A stretch of DNA of 64,000 bases from Candidatus Bathyarchaeia archaeon (GCA_038883655.1 JAVZLQ010000001.1:96001-160000); one strand, 5' to 3'; positions 32,662-43,072 are shown, counted from the first letter of the stretch. Numbers and translations are program-made. The notes: generated from the sequence alone by a model not told the origin.

Positions 32662-34013
32662 TGCTGTTTTCTCCGTAGAATTCTTCCACTTCCAGCATTG
32701 CAGACGATTTCGCCATCATCCATAACTAGTTTGCCATTTACAAAAGTTTTGACAGGCTTCCCCTTAAACCTCCACCCATCAAAGGGCGAGAACTTGGCTT
32801 TAGAATGGAACTTTGAAGCGTCAATTCTTCCTTCTCTTTTCAAGTCAACAACCGTCAAGTCGGCGCTGTTTCCCGCGCTTAAAAAGCCACGTCCCCCCAA
32901 ACCAAAAATTTTAGCCGGGTTCTCAGCCATAAGCCTAATAACATCCGACAGAGCCAAGTTTCCACGATTAACCTCGGTAAGCAAAAGCGGCAAAGTAGTT
33001 TCTAAACCAACCACACCAGTCTTAACATCCCAAACAACATCTGCCACTTTTTCCGCCAACACGTGCGGAGCATGATCTGAAGCTATAACATCAATTATGC
33101 CACCTTTTATTCCCATCCAAAGGGCTTCTACATGACTCTTTTCTCTAACTGGAGGCACGGTTAAGGCTATGATTCCAGCACTCTTCAAATATTCATGAGA
33201 CAAGAGAAGATGATGAGGCGTAACCTCGCAGGTTATGGGCAGCATGGACTTTTTTCCTTCCTGTACTGTTTCGAGTCCCGCTTTTGTGCTCACATGGCAA
33301 ATGTGAATTCTGTTAGGCGTTTGTCTAACAATGTTTAACAGCCGTTTTATGGCACTTTGTTCAGCCCTTTCAGAATGTGCTTCAAGAAAAGCTTCAATAT
33401 CGTTGCGATTGTTAAGCTTCAACTTTTGCTCCTCCGCCTTTACAGCCGCTCCATCTTCGGCGTGAACGGCAATCAACACGTCCATTCTGCTGAGAATCTT
33501 AAACGCTTCAGCCAAAGAAGAATCATCATTAATGTTTAACCCTCCAACTTGTTCAATCATGAAAAGTTTAAACGCTATAGCGCCAGCATCAACAATCTCC
33601 TTTATCTCCTCTAGGCGCCTTGGAAATTCAGAGTAAAAACCAACATTGACCAAAATGCGGTTTTCAGCTTTTTCGATGCGATTTTTCAGGTTTTCAGCGC
33701 TCATGGTAACAGGCTCGTTATTTGGCATATCCAAAACCGTCGTCATTCCACCCGCCGCCGCTGAAGCTGTTCCACTGTAAAAGTCTTCTTTGTAGGCTTT
33801 CCCCTCATCTCGTAAGTGTACATGGACGTCAATTAGTCCTGGCAGAACAAGCAGTCCTTTCAAGTCCATTTTCATTTCTGCTTTCGGCATTTGTGCTTCT
33901 CTGCCTATTTTGACGATTTTTCCGTTTTCCAAGGCGATGCTGCAGTTCACTATTTCGTTGTTGATGTAGGCTTTCGCATTGCTTAAAATTAAATCGCACT
34001 TCAATTTTTTCAC
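32658..34013 (-). CDS. pyrC: Dihydroorotase
   Basis: DVHVHLRD, DMPNN, CEVTPHH and SDHAPH motifs. Confidence 0.9.
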   Translation of the reverse strand: MKKLKCDLILSNAKAYINNEIVNCSIALENGKIVKIGREAQMPKAEMKMDLKGLLVLPGLIDVHVHLRDEGKAYKEDFYSGTASAAAGGMTTVLDMPNNEPVTMSAENLKNRIEKAENRILVNVGFYSEFPRRLEEIKEIVDAGAIAFKLFMIEQVGGLNINDDSSLAEAFKILSRMDVLIAVHAEDGAAVKAEEQKLKLNNRNDIEAFLEAHSERAEQSAIKRLLNIVRQTPNRIHICHVSTKAGLETVQEGKKSMLPITCEVTPHHLLLSHEYLKSAGIIALTVPPVREKSHVEALWMGIKGGIIDVIASDHAPHVLAEKVADVVWDVKTGVVGLETTLPLLLTEVNRGNLALSDVIRLMAENPAKIFGLGGRGFLSAGNSADLTVVDLKREGRIDASKFHSKAKFSPFDGWRFKGKPVKTFVNGKLVMDDGEIVCNAGSGRILRRKQH

Positions 34014-34060
34014 TCATCTATTTGTTCTCGGTGAATATGGCATGTAAAATTGTTAAAAGT

Positions 34061-34972
34061 TTACTCTATAAGCTTGAAAAAGTCCCTCTCCGTTATTATG
34101 CCAACAAGTTCCCCATGCTCAACGACTGGAATTGCGCCCACGTTTCTGTCCCGCATAAGCCTCGCCGCTTGTCCCGCATCCATTTGGGGTTCAATCGTTG
34201 CGACTTCCTTTGTGGCTATTTCAAGTGCTGGGGTATTCAAAACTTGTATGATCGTGCCAGACCGCAACTTTTCAAAAACCTTACCAGAACCAAAAAAGCG
34301 TATAACATCCATTGTCGTTATTATGCCAATAACTTTTCCATCAGATATTATCGGTAACCTTCTAAAACCCTGATTTATCATGGTCTTTTCAGCCTCGAAA
34401 ATCGTCGTTTTAGGCAACGCTGTAACAACCTTATCCGACATCAACTCAGCCACTTTTGCACCACTTATTTTGTCGGCAAAAATGTTAACAATGTCCCTTT
34501 CCGTAATTATTGCGCGCACACGATTTTGCGGGTCAACAACGGGTAAGCCTCCAAGATTTTTCTCCTTCATCAATCTTACTGCATCGCTTATTTTTGAGGA
34601 TGCGCTTACGGTGACAACATCCTTCGTCATTATCAACCGCACCGGTTCGTTTATAGCCTTAAAAATGTTGCCGCCATATTTTCTCTCAATTATTTCAAAC
34701 TTCTTCCCACCGCCAAGATAATCAATGACATCAGTAGCTGTTATTATTCCCTCTAAAGTTTTTGTTCCAGGATTTGCTATTGGTATTCTACGAAAACCCT
34801 CCCTTGTCATCGTCTGAATTGTGTCATAGATTGGTGTTGTCGACGCACATGTCACAACGGGACTTTTTGCGACATGTAATATTTCGCCCTCGTGTCTCCT
34901 AGATGGAGGCTTCTTCGCTGATGGTTTACCCTTCTCCTTCAACGTTCTCCTAAATGTTTCACGACTCAACAA
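34061..34972 (-). CDS. Four-CBS-domain protein
   Basis: Repeated FRRIP/FRRLP and GIITERD units. Confidence 0.9.
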   Translation of the reverse strand: MLSRETFRRTLKEKGKPSAKKPPSRRHEGEILHVAKSPVVTCASTTPIYDTIQTMTREGFRRIPIANPGTKTLEGIITATDVIDYLGGGKKFEIIERKYGGNIFKAINEPVRLIMTKDVVTVSASSKISDAVRLMKEKNLGGLPVVDPQNRVRAIITERDIVNIFADKISGAKVAELMSDKVVTALPKTTIFEAEKTMINQGFRRLPIISDGKVIGIITTMDVIRFFGSGKVFEKLRSGTIIQVLNTPALEIATKEVATIEPQMDAGQAARLMRDRNVGAIPVVEHGELVGIITERDFFKLIE

Positions 34973-34983
34973 GCTCTCCCTTC

Positions 34984-35769
34984 TTATTTTATAAGCAATT
35001 TGACAATATCCTCTCTGTCAACTATACCTATCAATTTACCATCTTCATCTTTTACCGGGACTCTCCCTATATCCTTCGAAACCATCACCTTGGCAACGCG
35101 GATCGCCTTAACCGAAGGCCCAACCGCTATAACATTTGTATTCATAACTGCAGAAATCTTCGAAGAGGCCTTAAAACGTCCCTTTGCCGACTCAAAGGTT
35201 GGCAATGTAACCCCCCTCTCAAGAAGGTCTTTTTGGGTAACTATTCCAACAATCCTTCCATTCTTAACAACCGGCAAACCTGCAAGACGTTTCTCAAGCA
35301 TCAAGCGCCAAATGTTATCAACTTCATCGTCTGGAGAGCAAGCCACAACATCCCTAGTCATTATTTCAGAAATTTCCTTCGCAAACTTCTCTGGGCTTGT
35401 CCTAATTGAATATTCAATAAAATTTTCCAAGCCTAAAACTCCCATATACATCTTATCCGTTGGTGATGCTACAACAGGCGCGTGCCAAGCATCTACGCGC
35501 AGCATACCCCTAATTGCTTGCACAACCTCCTCTTCCACTGTTGCCACGTACCTAGGCTGGGTCATGATGCCCTTAACCCTAATTAGCGAAACAGAAGAGG
35601 ATATCGCCATAATATCGCGGCGTGAAACCTTGCCCAAAAGCTTTCTTTGCTCATCCGTCACTGGAAGTATCCTTAAGCTATGCTGCCTTATAATTGCGCG
35701 GGCTTTTGTCGCTAACTCGTCTGCATGTATAAACGGGTGTTTTGCATCCATTATTTCTTTAACACGCAA
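34984..35769 (-). CDS. Four-CBS-domain protein
   Basis: CBS repeats (LPVVKNGRIVGIVTQKD, VPVKD...GIVDRED). Confidence 0.9.
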   Translation of the reverse strand: MRVKEIMDAKHPFIHADELATKARAIIRQHSLRILPVTDEQRKLLGKVSRRDIMAISSSVSLIRVKGIMTQPRYVATVEEEVVQAIRGMLRVDAWHAPVVASPTDKMYMGVLGLENFIEYSIRTSPEKFAKEISEIMTRDVVACSPDDEVDNIWRLMLEKRLAGLPVVKNGRIVGIVTQKDLLERGVTLPTFESAKGRFKASSKISAVMNTNVIAVGPSVKAIRVAKVMVSKDIGRVPVKDEDGKLIGIVDREDIVKLLIK

Positions 35770-35784
35770 AAAATCGCCCCTTCA

Positions 35785-36369
35785 TTACTCCTCTTCAAAT
35801 TCAACCCTACAATCTTCACATAAAAATTCTCCGTTAACCTCCTTTAAGGCGTCTGACCATGCTCCACAGCGGTCGCAGTATCCAGCAAGGGGCGCGCCTT
35901 CTTCGGTTGCCTCTTGGGCTCTGTTCTCGCCTTCTATCATGGCATGCTCCTGAATAGTTTCAAGAAGTTCTGGCATAACTGATAGAATGTCTTTACTTGA
36001 GAGCAATCCAATCAACTGTCCCTTGTATATCACTCCCAGCCTCCTAATGTTTAGTCTACTCATTCTTCTGGCTGCCTCGCTTATTGTTGCATCCGGCTCT
36101 ATGGTGATCAAGGGCGAGGTCATAACCTCGCTTGCTTTTATGGAGTCTGGCTTTGCGTTTTTCGCTAGGACTCTTCCAACAAGGTCTCTTTCTGTTATTA
36201 TTCCAAGCGGTTTTCCATTTTTGCTTGTGACTATTATGCATCCTAGTCGATGCTTTTCCATTAGTTCCGCAACTTTGTTTACTGGTGCATTTTCCTCTAT
36301 GGTTATAACTGGGCTGCTCATTACATCCTTAACCAGCAGTCGTGATGTCCTTAATCCAATCTCTGACAT
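35785..36369 (-). CDS. CBS-pair protein with a C-terminal Zn ribbon
   Basis: GIITERD; GYCDRCG...LCEDC. Confidence 0.9.
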   Translation of the reverse strand: MSEIGLRTSRLLVKDVMSSPVITIEENAPVNKVAELMEKHRLGCIIVTSKNGKPLGIITERDLVGRVLAKNAKPDSIKASEVMTSPLITIEPDATISEAARRMSRLNIRRLGVIYKGQLIGLLSSKDILSVMPELLETIQEHAMIEGENRAQEATEEGAPLAGYCDRCGAWSDALKEVNGEFLCEDCRVEFEEE

Positions 36370-36535
36370 GTTCTCTCCGCCACGCTGCGCGCACTTTTGC
36401 CTTTTGTATGCTTCACTGAACTCAAACTGAAATCCAGCATTTAAAACTTGTCATGTTCACGGAGTTACATTTTGTTCTTTGGGAAATCTTATTAGCGGGC
36501 TTGTCATTGCTATTGTCTGACGTGTGGTATGTGTG

Positions 36536-37426
36536 ATGTTGAGGACGAATGTTGATAAGCTTGTTAAAATTTCCGTTTTTGGCGAGGTTGTTAGTCCAGT
36601 TTTTGGTAGGGGCGTGTATAACATTTCCGCTGAGGGCACCCCCGTCGTCTTGCCCGGTGTTGGCGGAATAACCTACAACGTGCGTGTTGGTGATCCCGCT
36701 TGCGGTTGGGAGGCTGATCATGTTGAGCCCGGTGTAAGCATCGAAAACAGGGAGAATGATCCGCGTTTTGGTCAAGGCGCGAATGCCGCTTTGAACGTTC
36801 TTTCTTGTGTTGGTAATGAGGCTGTTGTTGTTAGTGGTGATGCGAAGGGCTCTAGGGGCGTTGTGACTGGCAAGCATGGCGGTATTGAGCATGTTCTAGT
36901 TGATTTTCCGCCCGAAACGCTTGAGAAGCTTATGTTGGGTGATAAAGTTCTTGTTAAAGCCTTCGGTGTTGGTTTGAAGCTTTTGGATTTTCCCGATGTT
37001 AAGGTTATGAATTTGGATCCGCGTTTTTTGGAGGCTATCGACCCTAAAGTTGAGGATGGCAAGCTTGTTGTTCCTGTTACGCATGTTGTTCCAGCTGGGA
37101 TTATGGGTTCTGGTTTGGGCGCGAATCAGACTTATTCTGGGGATTATGATATTCAGCTTTTTGATGAGGGTGTTAGGCGTCAGTTTGGGCTTGATGATCT
37201 AAGGCTTGGGGATTTGGTTGCGATTCTGGATGCCGATCACTCTTTTGGGCGCATTTACCGCAAGGGCGCGGTTTCTGTCGGTATTGTTGTGCACACGAAC
37301 TGCGTGAGTTCTGGTCATGGTCCTGGTGTTACTACGCTTTTTACTTCTTCTACTGGGCGTATTGTTCCTCGTGTTGATGCTGGTGCGAACATTGCGCGTT
37401 TGTTGAGGCTTAGGAATGATATATAA
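36536..37426 (+). CDS. DUF4438 family protein
   Basis: PGVGGITYN, ADHVEPGVS, GKHGG and GHGPGVT motifs. Confidence 0.8.
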   Translation: MLRTNVDKLVKISVFGEVVSPVFGRGVYNISAEGTPVVLPGVGGITYNVRVGDPACGWEADHVEPGVSIENRENDPRFGQGANAALNVLSCVGNEAVVVSGDAKGSRGVVTGKHGGIEHVLVDFPPETLEKLMLGDKVLVKAFGVGLKLLDFPDVKVMNLDPRFLEAIDPKVEDGKLVVPVTHVVPAGIMGSGLGANQTYSGDYDIQLFDEGVRRQFGLDDLRLGDLVAILDADHSFGRIYRKGAVSVGIVVHTNCVSSGHGPGVTTLFTSSTGRIVPRVDAGANIARLLRLRNDI

Positions 37427-37473
37427 GCGTGTTTGTTGTATTGATGTTTGTAAAATGGGGTTGGTTGTGGTTT

Positions 37474-37764
37474 ATGCCTTATAAGCGTAAGAGTCGTGGG
37501 CGTTCTAAGGGTGATAAGGGCAGTAGTGGTCCTGTTCAGTGTGCTATGTGTGGGCAGCTTGTTCCTCGTGATAAGGCTAAGAAGGTTACTGTTAGGCGTT
37601 CTATTGTTGATCCGCAGTTGGCTAAGGAGCTTAGGCAGAGGGGCGCTTATATTTCTTCTTTGGTTGATACTAAGTATTATTGTATTTCTTGTGCTGTGCA
37701 TAGGGGTATTGTGAAGGTTAGGGCGCGTGAGGAGCGGCGTTTGCGTTCTGGTAGGCGTTTTTAG
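37474..37764 (+). CDS. rps26e: 30S ribosomal protein S26e
   Basis: MPYKRKSRGR...CAMCGQLVPRDKA...YCISCAVH; ATG at 37474. Confidence 0.95.
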   Translation: MPYKRKSRGRSKGDKGSSGPVQCAMCGQLVPRDKAKKVTVRRSIVDPQLAKELRQRGAYISSLVDTKYYCISCAVHRGIVKVRAREERRLRSGRRF

Positions 37765-38369
37765 TTTCTAGCGGTTTTTAGTTTTTTGTACGTGTATATT
37801 GTGCGTTGTATTACTGTTGCGTGTGTTAATATTGCTAACGCGATTATGGCGTAGTTTAGGGTTTGGGTTGGCTGCCAGAAATAGGCGATTATTGTTGCTG
37901 TTGTTAGTATGATTAGGCGTTCTGGGCGTTCTGCTATCCCTATTGTTTCCATTTTTATTTGGAGTGATTCCGCCTTTGCGCGGGTGTAGCTTACGAGTAA
38001 GGCGCCGATTAGGGCTGCGGTTCCCCAATGAATTTCGCATAGTCCGCTTATTGTTATTGCTGTGATTGTTGCGGCGTCGGCGTATCTGTCTAGGAGTGAA
38101 TCTAGGAAGCTGCCGAATTGCGTTGTTTTTTGTGTTATGCGGGCTGTTGCGCCGTCTAGGGCGTCGCAGTATCCCGATAGTAGTAGTAAAAGCGCTGCTG
38201 CTACTAGGTAGGCGCTGTTTGTTTGCCATTGTGTATAGGCAGTTGCGGATGCGATTGCGAGTGTAATGCCTATTGCTGTTATTGTGTTTGGTGTTAAGCC
38301 TATTTTTGTGGCGGTTTTTGCTTGGTTTTCTAGTAGTTTTTGGGTTTTTTGTTTTAGTTTTGTTAGCAT
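37761..38369 (-). CDS. CDP-alcohol phosphatidyltransferase (archaetidylinositol phosphate synthase-like)
   Basis: TPNTIT, DALDGATAR...GSFLDSLLDRYAD and ERPER motifs. Confidence 0.9.
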   Translation of the reverse strand: MLTKLKQKTQKLLENQAKTATKIGLTPNTITAIGITLAIASATAYTQWQTNSAYLVAAALLLLLSGYCDALDGATARITQKTTQFGSFLDSLLDRYADAATITAITISGLCEIHWGTAALIGALLVSYTRAKAESLQIKMETIGIAERPERLIILTTATIIAYFWQPTQTLNYAIIALAILTHATVIQRTIYTYKKLKTARN

Positions 38370-38448
38370 TTTTGCGCCCGTTTTGGGTTAATTTTATTTG
38401 TGTTTGTTATGTAAGTTTTGTTGTGCGCGTTTGGAGTGTGTTTGCGTT

Positions 38449-38742
38449 ATGGTGGTTGTTGAGTTGTTGCGTGTTGGCAGTAAGGCGTGTTTGGGTGTGC
38501 GTGTTGAATTGCCCAATTCGCCTCCTTTGTTGGTTGTTGTTGCGGATAAAGGCTTTGTTATGTGTGGGTTTTTGAATGTGGAGGCTGCTGAGCGTTTGGG
38601 TGTTGCCGCTGCAATGGTTAGTGGTGTTAAAACTTTTGAGGATGTTTTGCGTTCAAGTGTTAAGGCTGTTACGAGCGGGGCTGGAGCGTTAGGCGTTAGG
38701 GTTGGCATGAGCGGAGAAGAAGCGTTAAAATGCATGTTTTAG
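38449..38742 (+). CDS. DUF1805 (YunC) family protein
   Basis: GFVMCGFLN, AAMVSGVKTFED and GMSGEEAL motifs; ATG at 38449. Confidence 0.88.
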   Translation: MVVVELLRVGSKACLGVRVELPNSPPLLVVVADKGFVMCGFLNVEAAERLGVAAAMVSGVKTFEDVLRSSVKAVTSGAGALGVRVGMSGEEALKCMF

Positions 38743-38990
38743 AAGTGAAGTACTGCCAAAAAGTGAATGGTTTGTTTTTTCCTTTTATTTTCCCTACTTC
38801 CTTCCTCTCTAGTTTTTCAAAACGTCAATTTTATGACTTTTCTGTTTGCTAAATTGGATACCCCCTCTAGAAATTTTAGCTTCTAACAAAGCATGCGAAA
38901 ATGAACTGCTATAAAACGTTATTTTCCCCACCCCTACCCTCTAGATTTTGTTGCTATTTTAGTTTTAGGGATGGGTTGTTTGGTTAGGTG

Positions 38991-41900
38991 TTACATGAAG
39001 TTGTCTAGTGATGTGGTTGTTTCTTTTGTTTTTTCTACTTCTGGTTTTTTTGGTGGTTTTAGGCGTGGTTCTTCTTCGCCTTTTATGGCTTCTGGTGTGG
39101 CTTCTTCTGCCCTTTGAAGTCTTCTCTTCATCATTGTTTTAGCCATGATTTTTGCGGTTTTTGCCAGTTCTTTTGGCAGTTTGAGTATTCTCGTTATTTC
39201 CATGTCTATTTTCTCGATGACTGTGTCCCAGAGTTTTTCAATGTTTTCTGCTGTGTCTGCACCGCCCAGTTTTCGTGCTTCAGCCTCAAGCTCATCAAAA
39301 AGAGAAGCCAACAGCTCTACATCCTTCTGTTTTAGAGTTTTAACGTCTAAAATGGGCATTTCTTCAGCATGTTTGACTTCTAATGCTGCAACGCCCATTC
39401 CAGTTATGCGAGCATGAGACTCTATATATAATTGCGGAAAGCTTGAATTTAGATAAGACAATAATGCTTTTGTTTCATTTTCAGTTAATTCGATTTTTGG
39501 GATGAAGGTTATAATAGCGTGATATGTTACAACTGGATGTTTAGTTAGGATAAACCTTGTTTTATATTGTGATTGATATATTGCCATTATTGGTGCTTTT
39601 TCTATTCCGCCGAGGTCATACCATCCATGAAAGAGGTCTTTCTTTTTTTCTCTTGCTTGGCATGCTAAGGCTTGGCTGCATATTTTTCCGCCGCCCCTTG
39701 TGCCTCTTATCATTGTTCGGCATTCTGTTTCTCCCCATTTTATATAATCCAAAACGTTTTTGGGCAGTTTCTCGCGTGGTTCATGGCACATGAAAAAGTA
39801 GCATGGCGCGCCCTTCTTTTTTAGCTCTTCCCAATCTTTCTTTGTGAAAGTGAACCATTTAGCATACCTTGCACTTGTTAAAGCAGGATAAGCATAGTCT
39901 TTTAAGCCATAATGCTGAACCTTACTCTCATCCAAATAGAAGAAATCCTTTGCTCCAACATCAGGTCTTTTACCATGCTTAATAGACCAAACAGACCAGA
40001 AACAATTGCCACGGCTTGGCTCAAACAAGTCCCCCAACCGAATAGTTCTACCTTTAAGCTTGTCTAGTATAGCATTTGCATCAAATAGAAGGTTTATCCA
40101 TTTTTGTTCTTTGGGTATTTCCCTCTGCTTTAAAGCTCTGATGATGTAGCGTTCCTCGTATTTTTCTGGTTTTTCAATAGCCTCTAAAATCTCATCAACC
40201 TTGAATGCTTCTGTTTCCGCTATGTCTGCATACATGAAAACTGTTTGATTATCTTCGCGTTCTTCCTCGTTGGCGCATTTTTCAAGGAGTATGATGCATG
40301 TGCCGATTAATGGCACTGGAAAGACTCTGGCTGAAATGTCAATTAAAGCCTTAACCTTAAAATGGTCCAAAAGGAAACGCCCAAAATCAACGCCATAATC
40401 CGTTTGAAGCCAACTATCAGAAATAATCATCCCAAGCCTTCCGCCTTCCTTCAGCATATCAAAGGCGTGCATTATGAAATGAATGTAAATGCCAGGCTCC
40501 ACGCCTCTCTGAATCTGAGCGGTCAAATTATATTCTGTAAGCAATTTTTCAATGGAATCTTTGATGGCTTCTCTTGTTTTTTCTGGAATTTCAGTCCACC
40601 GCGTGTAAGGCGGATTAGCAATAACAGCGTCAAACTTTGGAATTGCAATTTCACGCTTTATTTCCCCAGCCAAAGTCTTAACCACGTAAGGCGAAACAAC
40701 AGTCTGCTCAGCCTCAACCCTAAAGAAATCAGTATGAATCGTATTCACCTCAGTTGACGGCGCCCTAATATAACGCGAAGCCAAATTCAAAGCAGTCAAA
40801 TGCAACGGAAACGGGTTAATATCAAAAGCATAAAGCTGCCTCAAAATCTCCTTATGCGCCTTTTCAGTAGGCTCTCTATACCCTTTCAACTCCAACAGAC
40901 GCTTATACGCCTTAACCAAAAAAGTGCCAGAACCACAACCAGGGTCCAGAACCTTGTCGTCTGGGCTTCTTACAGCCCACTTCGTGATTAATTCTGCTAT
41001 GGCTGGTGGCGTATAAAACTGTCCAAGAGCATGCCTTTCAGCAGCTGGAATAAGCTCCTCGTAGATAAAGCCGACAATATCCGAGCCTAAATCCTCAAGC
41101 CTATGATGCTCCATGTCCTCAATAAACGCATTAATGCCCTCAAGCACAAAGGGGTCGTCTGGAAGCTCGATCTCATCATAAATCCCTGTATAAAACACAG
41201 GCTCAAAATCGCCAGTAACCTCAACAGCCTTAGCAAAATAACGATACAGCAAATCCAAATAAGCTTTAGCATCCAGAGGTGGAATGCGCTCAAGCTTACG
41301 TTGACCCAACTCTTTAAAATGCCTCTCCAAAACCTTGTAAAAGACAATTTTGTTCATGAAAACGTAAGCCATTTCCTTGGCTAACTGCGTGGCATCGGGC
41401 TTATAGCCGACCTCTTCTGCAAACCGCGCATATTGTGCCTTAAATTCCTCGTTAACCCTAAGCTTTCTACGAATTAACGGCTCAACAGCCTCAGAAAGCC
41501 AAGTCACAAAATCCCTAAGCACAACAATAAAAGACCAATCAAGAGGGGTAACCGCCACTGGGACCTGCTGATAAAGCTTAGCAACAGTAATCAAAAGCTC
41601 CTCTGCAAACTCCTCGTTAACCACGATTCTTTCTTTAATCAAGATCCTATGCGTGTCAAAAGAAAACTTTTCAGTTTCCTTCGGTCTTCTAAATAAAGCA
41701 AAAATCCTCCCATTAGTCGTCGCAAAGTAAGGCGCACCAGAGTAAGTAGCATACCACAACGCCTGTTCAATTACAAACCTACTAGTAGGCGCAATATCTC
41801 TACGCTCACGGTAAAATCCAGGCTTGTCTATCTTTCGTTTAGTTTCAATAATAAGCAACGGCCTTTTGCCCGCCAAAAGGACAGCAACGTCAGCACGCCG

Positions 41901-42029
41901 CCCACTAATAGGGTATTGAGTTTCCGGCTCAGCGAATCTTACTCCCTCAATCGTAAAGCCTCTTTTCTCCAAAACGCTCAAAATATAATGGTGAAGTTTA
42001 CTTTCAATTCTGGCTTCACGGTCACTCAT
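38991..42029 (-). CDS. Type IIG restriction-modification enzyme (fused endonuclease, N6-adenine methyltransferase and target-recognition domain)
   Basis: N-terminal RRADV...IIETK nuclease motif, GQFYTP, LDPGCGSGTF and NPPY. Confidence 0.9.
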   Translation of the reverse strand: MSDREARIESKLHHYILSVLEKRGFTIEGVRFAEPETQYPISGRRADVAVLLAGKRPLLIIETKRKIDKPGFYRERRDIAPTSRFVIEQALWYATYSGAPYFATTNGRIFALFRRPKETEKFSFDTHRILIKERIVVNEEFAEELLITVAKLYQQVPVAVTPLDWSFIVVLRDFVTWLSEAVEPLIRRKLRVNEEFKAQYARFAEEVGYKPDATQLAKEMAYVFMNKIVFYKVLERHFKELGQRKLERIPPLDAKAYLDLLYRYFAKAVEVTGDFEPVFYTGIYDEIELPDDPFVLEGINAFIEDMEHHRLEDLGSDIVGFIYEELIPAAERHALGQFYTPPAIAELITKWAVRSPDDKVLDPGCGSGTFLVKAYKRLLELKGYREPTEKAHKEILRQLYAFDINPFPLHLTALNLASRYIRAPSTEVNTIHTDFFRVEAEQTVVSPYVVKTLAGEIKREIAIPKFDAVIANPPYTRWTEIPEKTREAIKDSIEKLLTEYNLTAQIQRGVEPGIYIHFIMHAFDMLKEGGRLGMIISDSWLQTDYGVDFGRFLLDHFKVKALIDISARVFPVPLIGTCIILLEKCANEEEREDNQTVFMYADIAETEAFKVDEILEAIEKPEKYEERYIIRALKQREIPKEQKWINLLFDANAILDKLKGRTIRLGDLFEPSRGNCFWSVWSIKHGKRPDVGAKDFFYLDESKVQHYGLKDYAYPALTSARYAKWFTFTKKDWEELKKKGAPCYFFMCHEPREKLPKNVLDYIKWGETECRTMIRGTRGGGKICSQALACQAREKKKDLFHGWYDLGGIEKAPIMAIYQSQYKTRFILTKHPVVTYHAIITFIPKIELTENETKALLSYLNSSFPQLYIESHARITGMGVAALEVKHAEEMPILDVKTLKQKDVELLASLFDELEAEARKLGGADTAENIEKLWDTVIEKIDMEITRILKLPKELAKTAKIMAKTMMKRRLQRAEEATPEAIKGEEEPRLKPPKKPEVEKTKETTTSLDNFM

Positions 42030-42147
42030 TTGAAACTTCCTTTCCTATAGTTAAACTGTTCTCTATGCTCCTAGACCAAATTTAAATTTGCATAAACTCT
42101 GATAAAAATGTTCAACGGCAAATCTGAATCCTTAAAAAAAGCTATAT

Positions 42148-42180
42148 GTTACTTTAGTGTTATTTTTCGTTACTGAAGTG
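42148..42180 (+). promoter_or_regulatory. Direct repeat, putative operator upstream of the AbrB-like gene
   Basis: GTTACTTTAGTG (42148-42159) and GTTACTGAAGTG (42169-42180), 21 nt apart. Confidence 0.45.
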
Positions 42181-42187
42181 ATATAAA

Positions 42188-42382
42188 ATGAGCACGGTAA
42201 AAACCAGAAAGGTTGGGGGTTCAATAGTAATAACACTACCAAAAAAGCTTGTAGAAAGCAAGAAAATCAAAGAAGGCGAACTCCTAGAAATAACCATCAA
42301 AAAAGGCAAAATTGATGGTTTCGGCGCCCTCAAGGGAATGAAACCATTCACAGCGGAAGACGAGCTAAAAGTGTATGATTAA
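42188..42382 (+). CDS. AbrB/MazE/SpoVT family antitoxin-like protein
   Basis: KTRKVGGSIVITLPK...IKEGELLEITI; no toxin ORF follows. Confidence 0.85.
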   Translation: MSTVKTRKVGGSIVITLPKKLVESKKIKEGELLEITIKKGKIDGFGALKGMKPFTAEDELKVYD

Positions 42383-42484
42383 AAGTTATTTTTAAGTGCT
42401 TCGAGTCGGTAAATACCAAGCGGGACTCACACTTTCAAAACATAAAACAAGCAATATTAATAACAAAACTGTAACATTCACTTC

Positions 42485-43072
42485 ATGCAAAACCAACTAA
42501 ACGCCATAGCTACTGAAATCAAGCAATGCACAAAATGTCCGCTGCATAAGTCGCGTAAAAATGTTGTTCCTGGTGAGGGTAACCCAAACGCAGAAATAAT
42601 GCTCATAGGCGAGGCTCCTGGCTACTGGGAAGACGTTCAAGGCAAGCCTTTCGTGGGTGCTGCTGGAAAATTTTTAGATACGCTACTAGCCGAGGCTGGA
42701 GTTTCAAGAGCTCAGGTCTTCGTTGGCAATGTCTTAAAATGCCGTCCACCAAGAAACCGCGAACCCGCCCCCGCCGAAATCCGAACTTGCACGCCATACT
42801 TGGATAGGCAGATAACCGCCATAAAACCAAAACTAATCGTAACACTCGGAAACCACTCAACCGCATATATTCTCGCAAAAGCTGGAACCCCATTCAAAAG
42901 CATAACAGAGGCAAGGGGAAAATTTTACCCAGCAAATATTCTAGGATTGGCTTTAACCGTTTTTGCAACATTACATCCGGCGGCTGGGCTCTACAGCGCC
43001 AAATACAAACAACAGCTCATCCAAGACTTTAGGCTGCTCAAAACAAAAATAGCGGAAATGGGCTTAACCTAA
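42485..43072 (+). CDS. udg: Uracil-DNA glycosylase family 4
   Basis: CTKCPL, GEAPG, PFVG, KCRPP and HPAA motifs. Confidence 0.94.
   Translation: MQNQLNAIATEIKQCTKCPLHKSRKNVVPGEGNPNAEIMLIGEAPGYWEDVQGKPFVGAAGKFLDTLLAEAGVSRAQVFVGNVLKCRPPRNREPAPAEIRTCTPYLDRQITAIKPKLIVTLGNHSTAYILAKAGTPFKSITEARGKFYPANILGLALTVFATLHPAAGLYSAKYKQQLIQDFRLLKTKIAEMGLT

Noticed and set aside
35000-35953. 317-aa plus-strand ORF
   Set aside because: Antisense shadow of two clear CBS genes, with no recognisable motifs.
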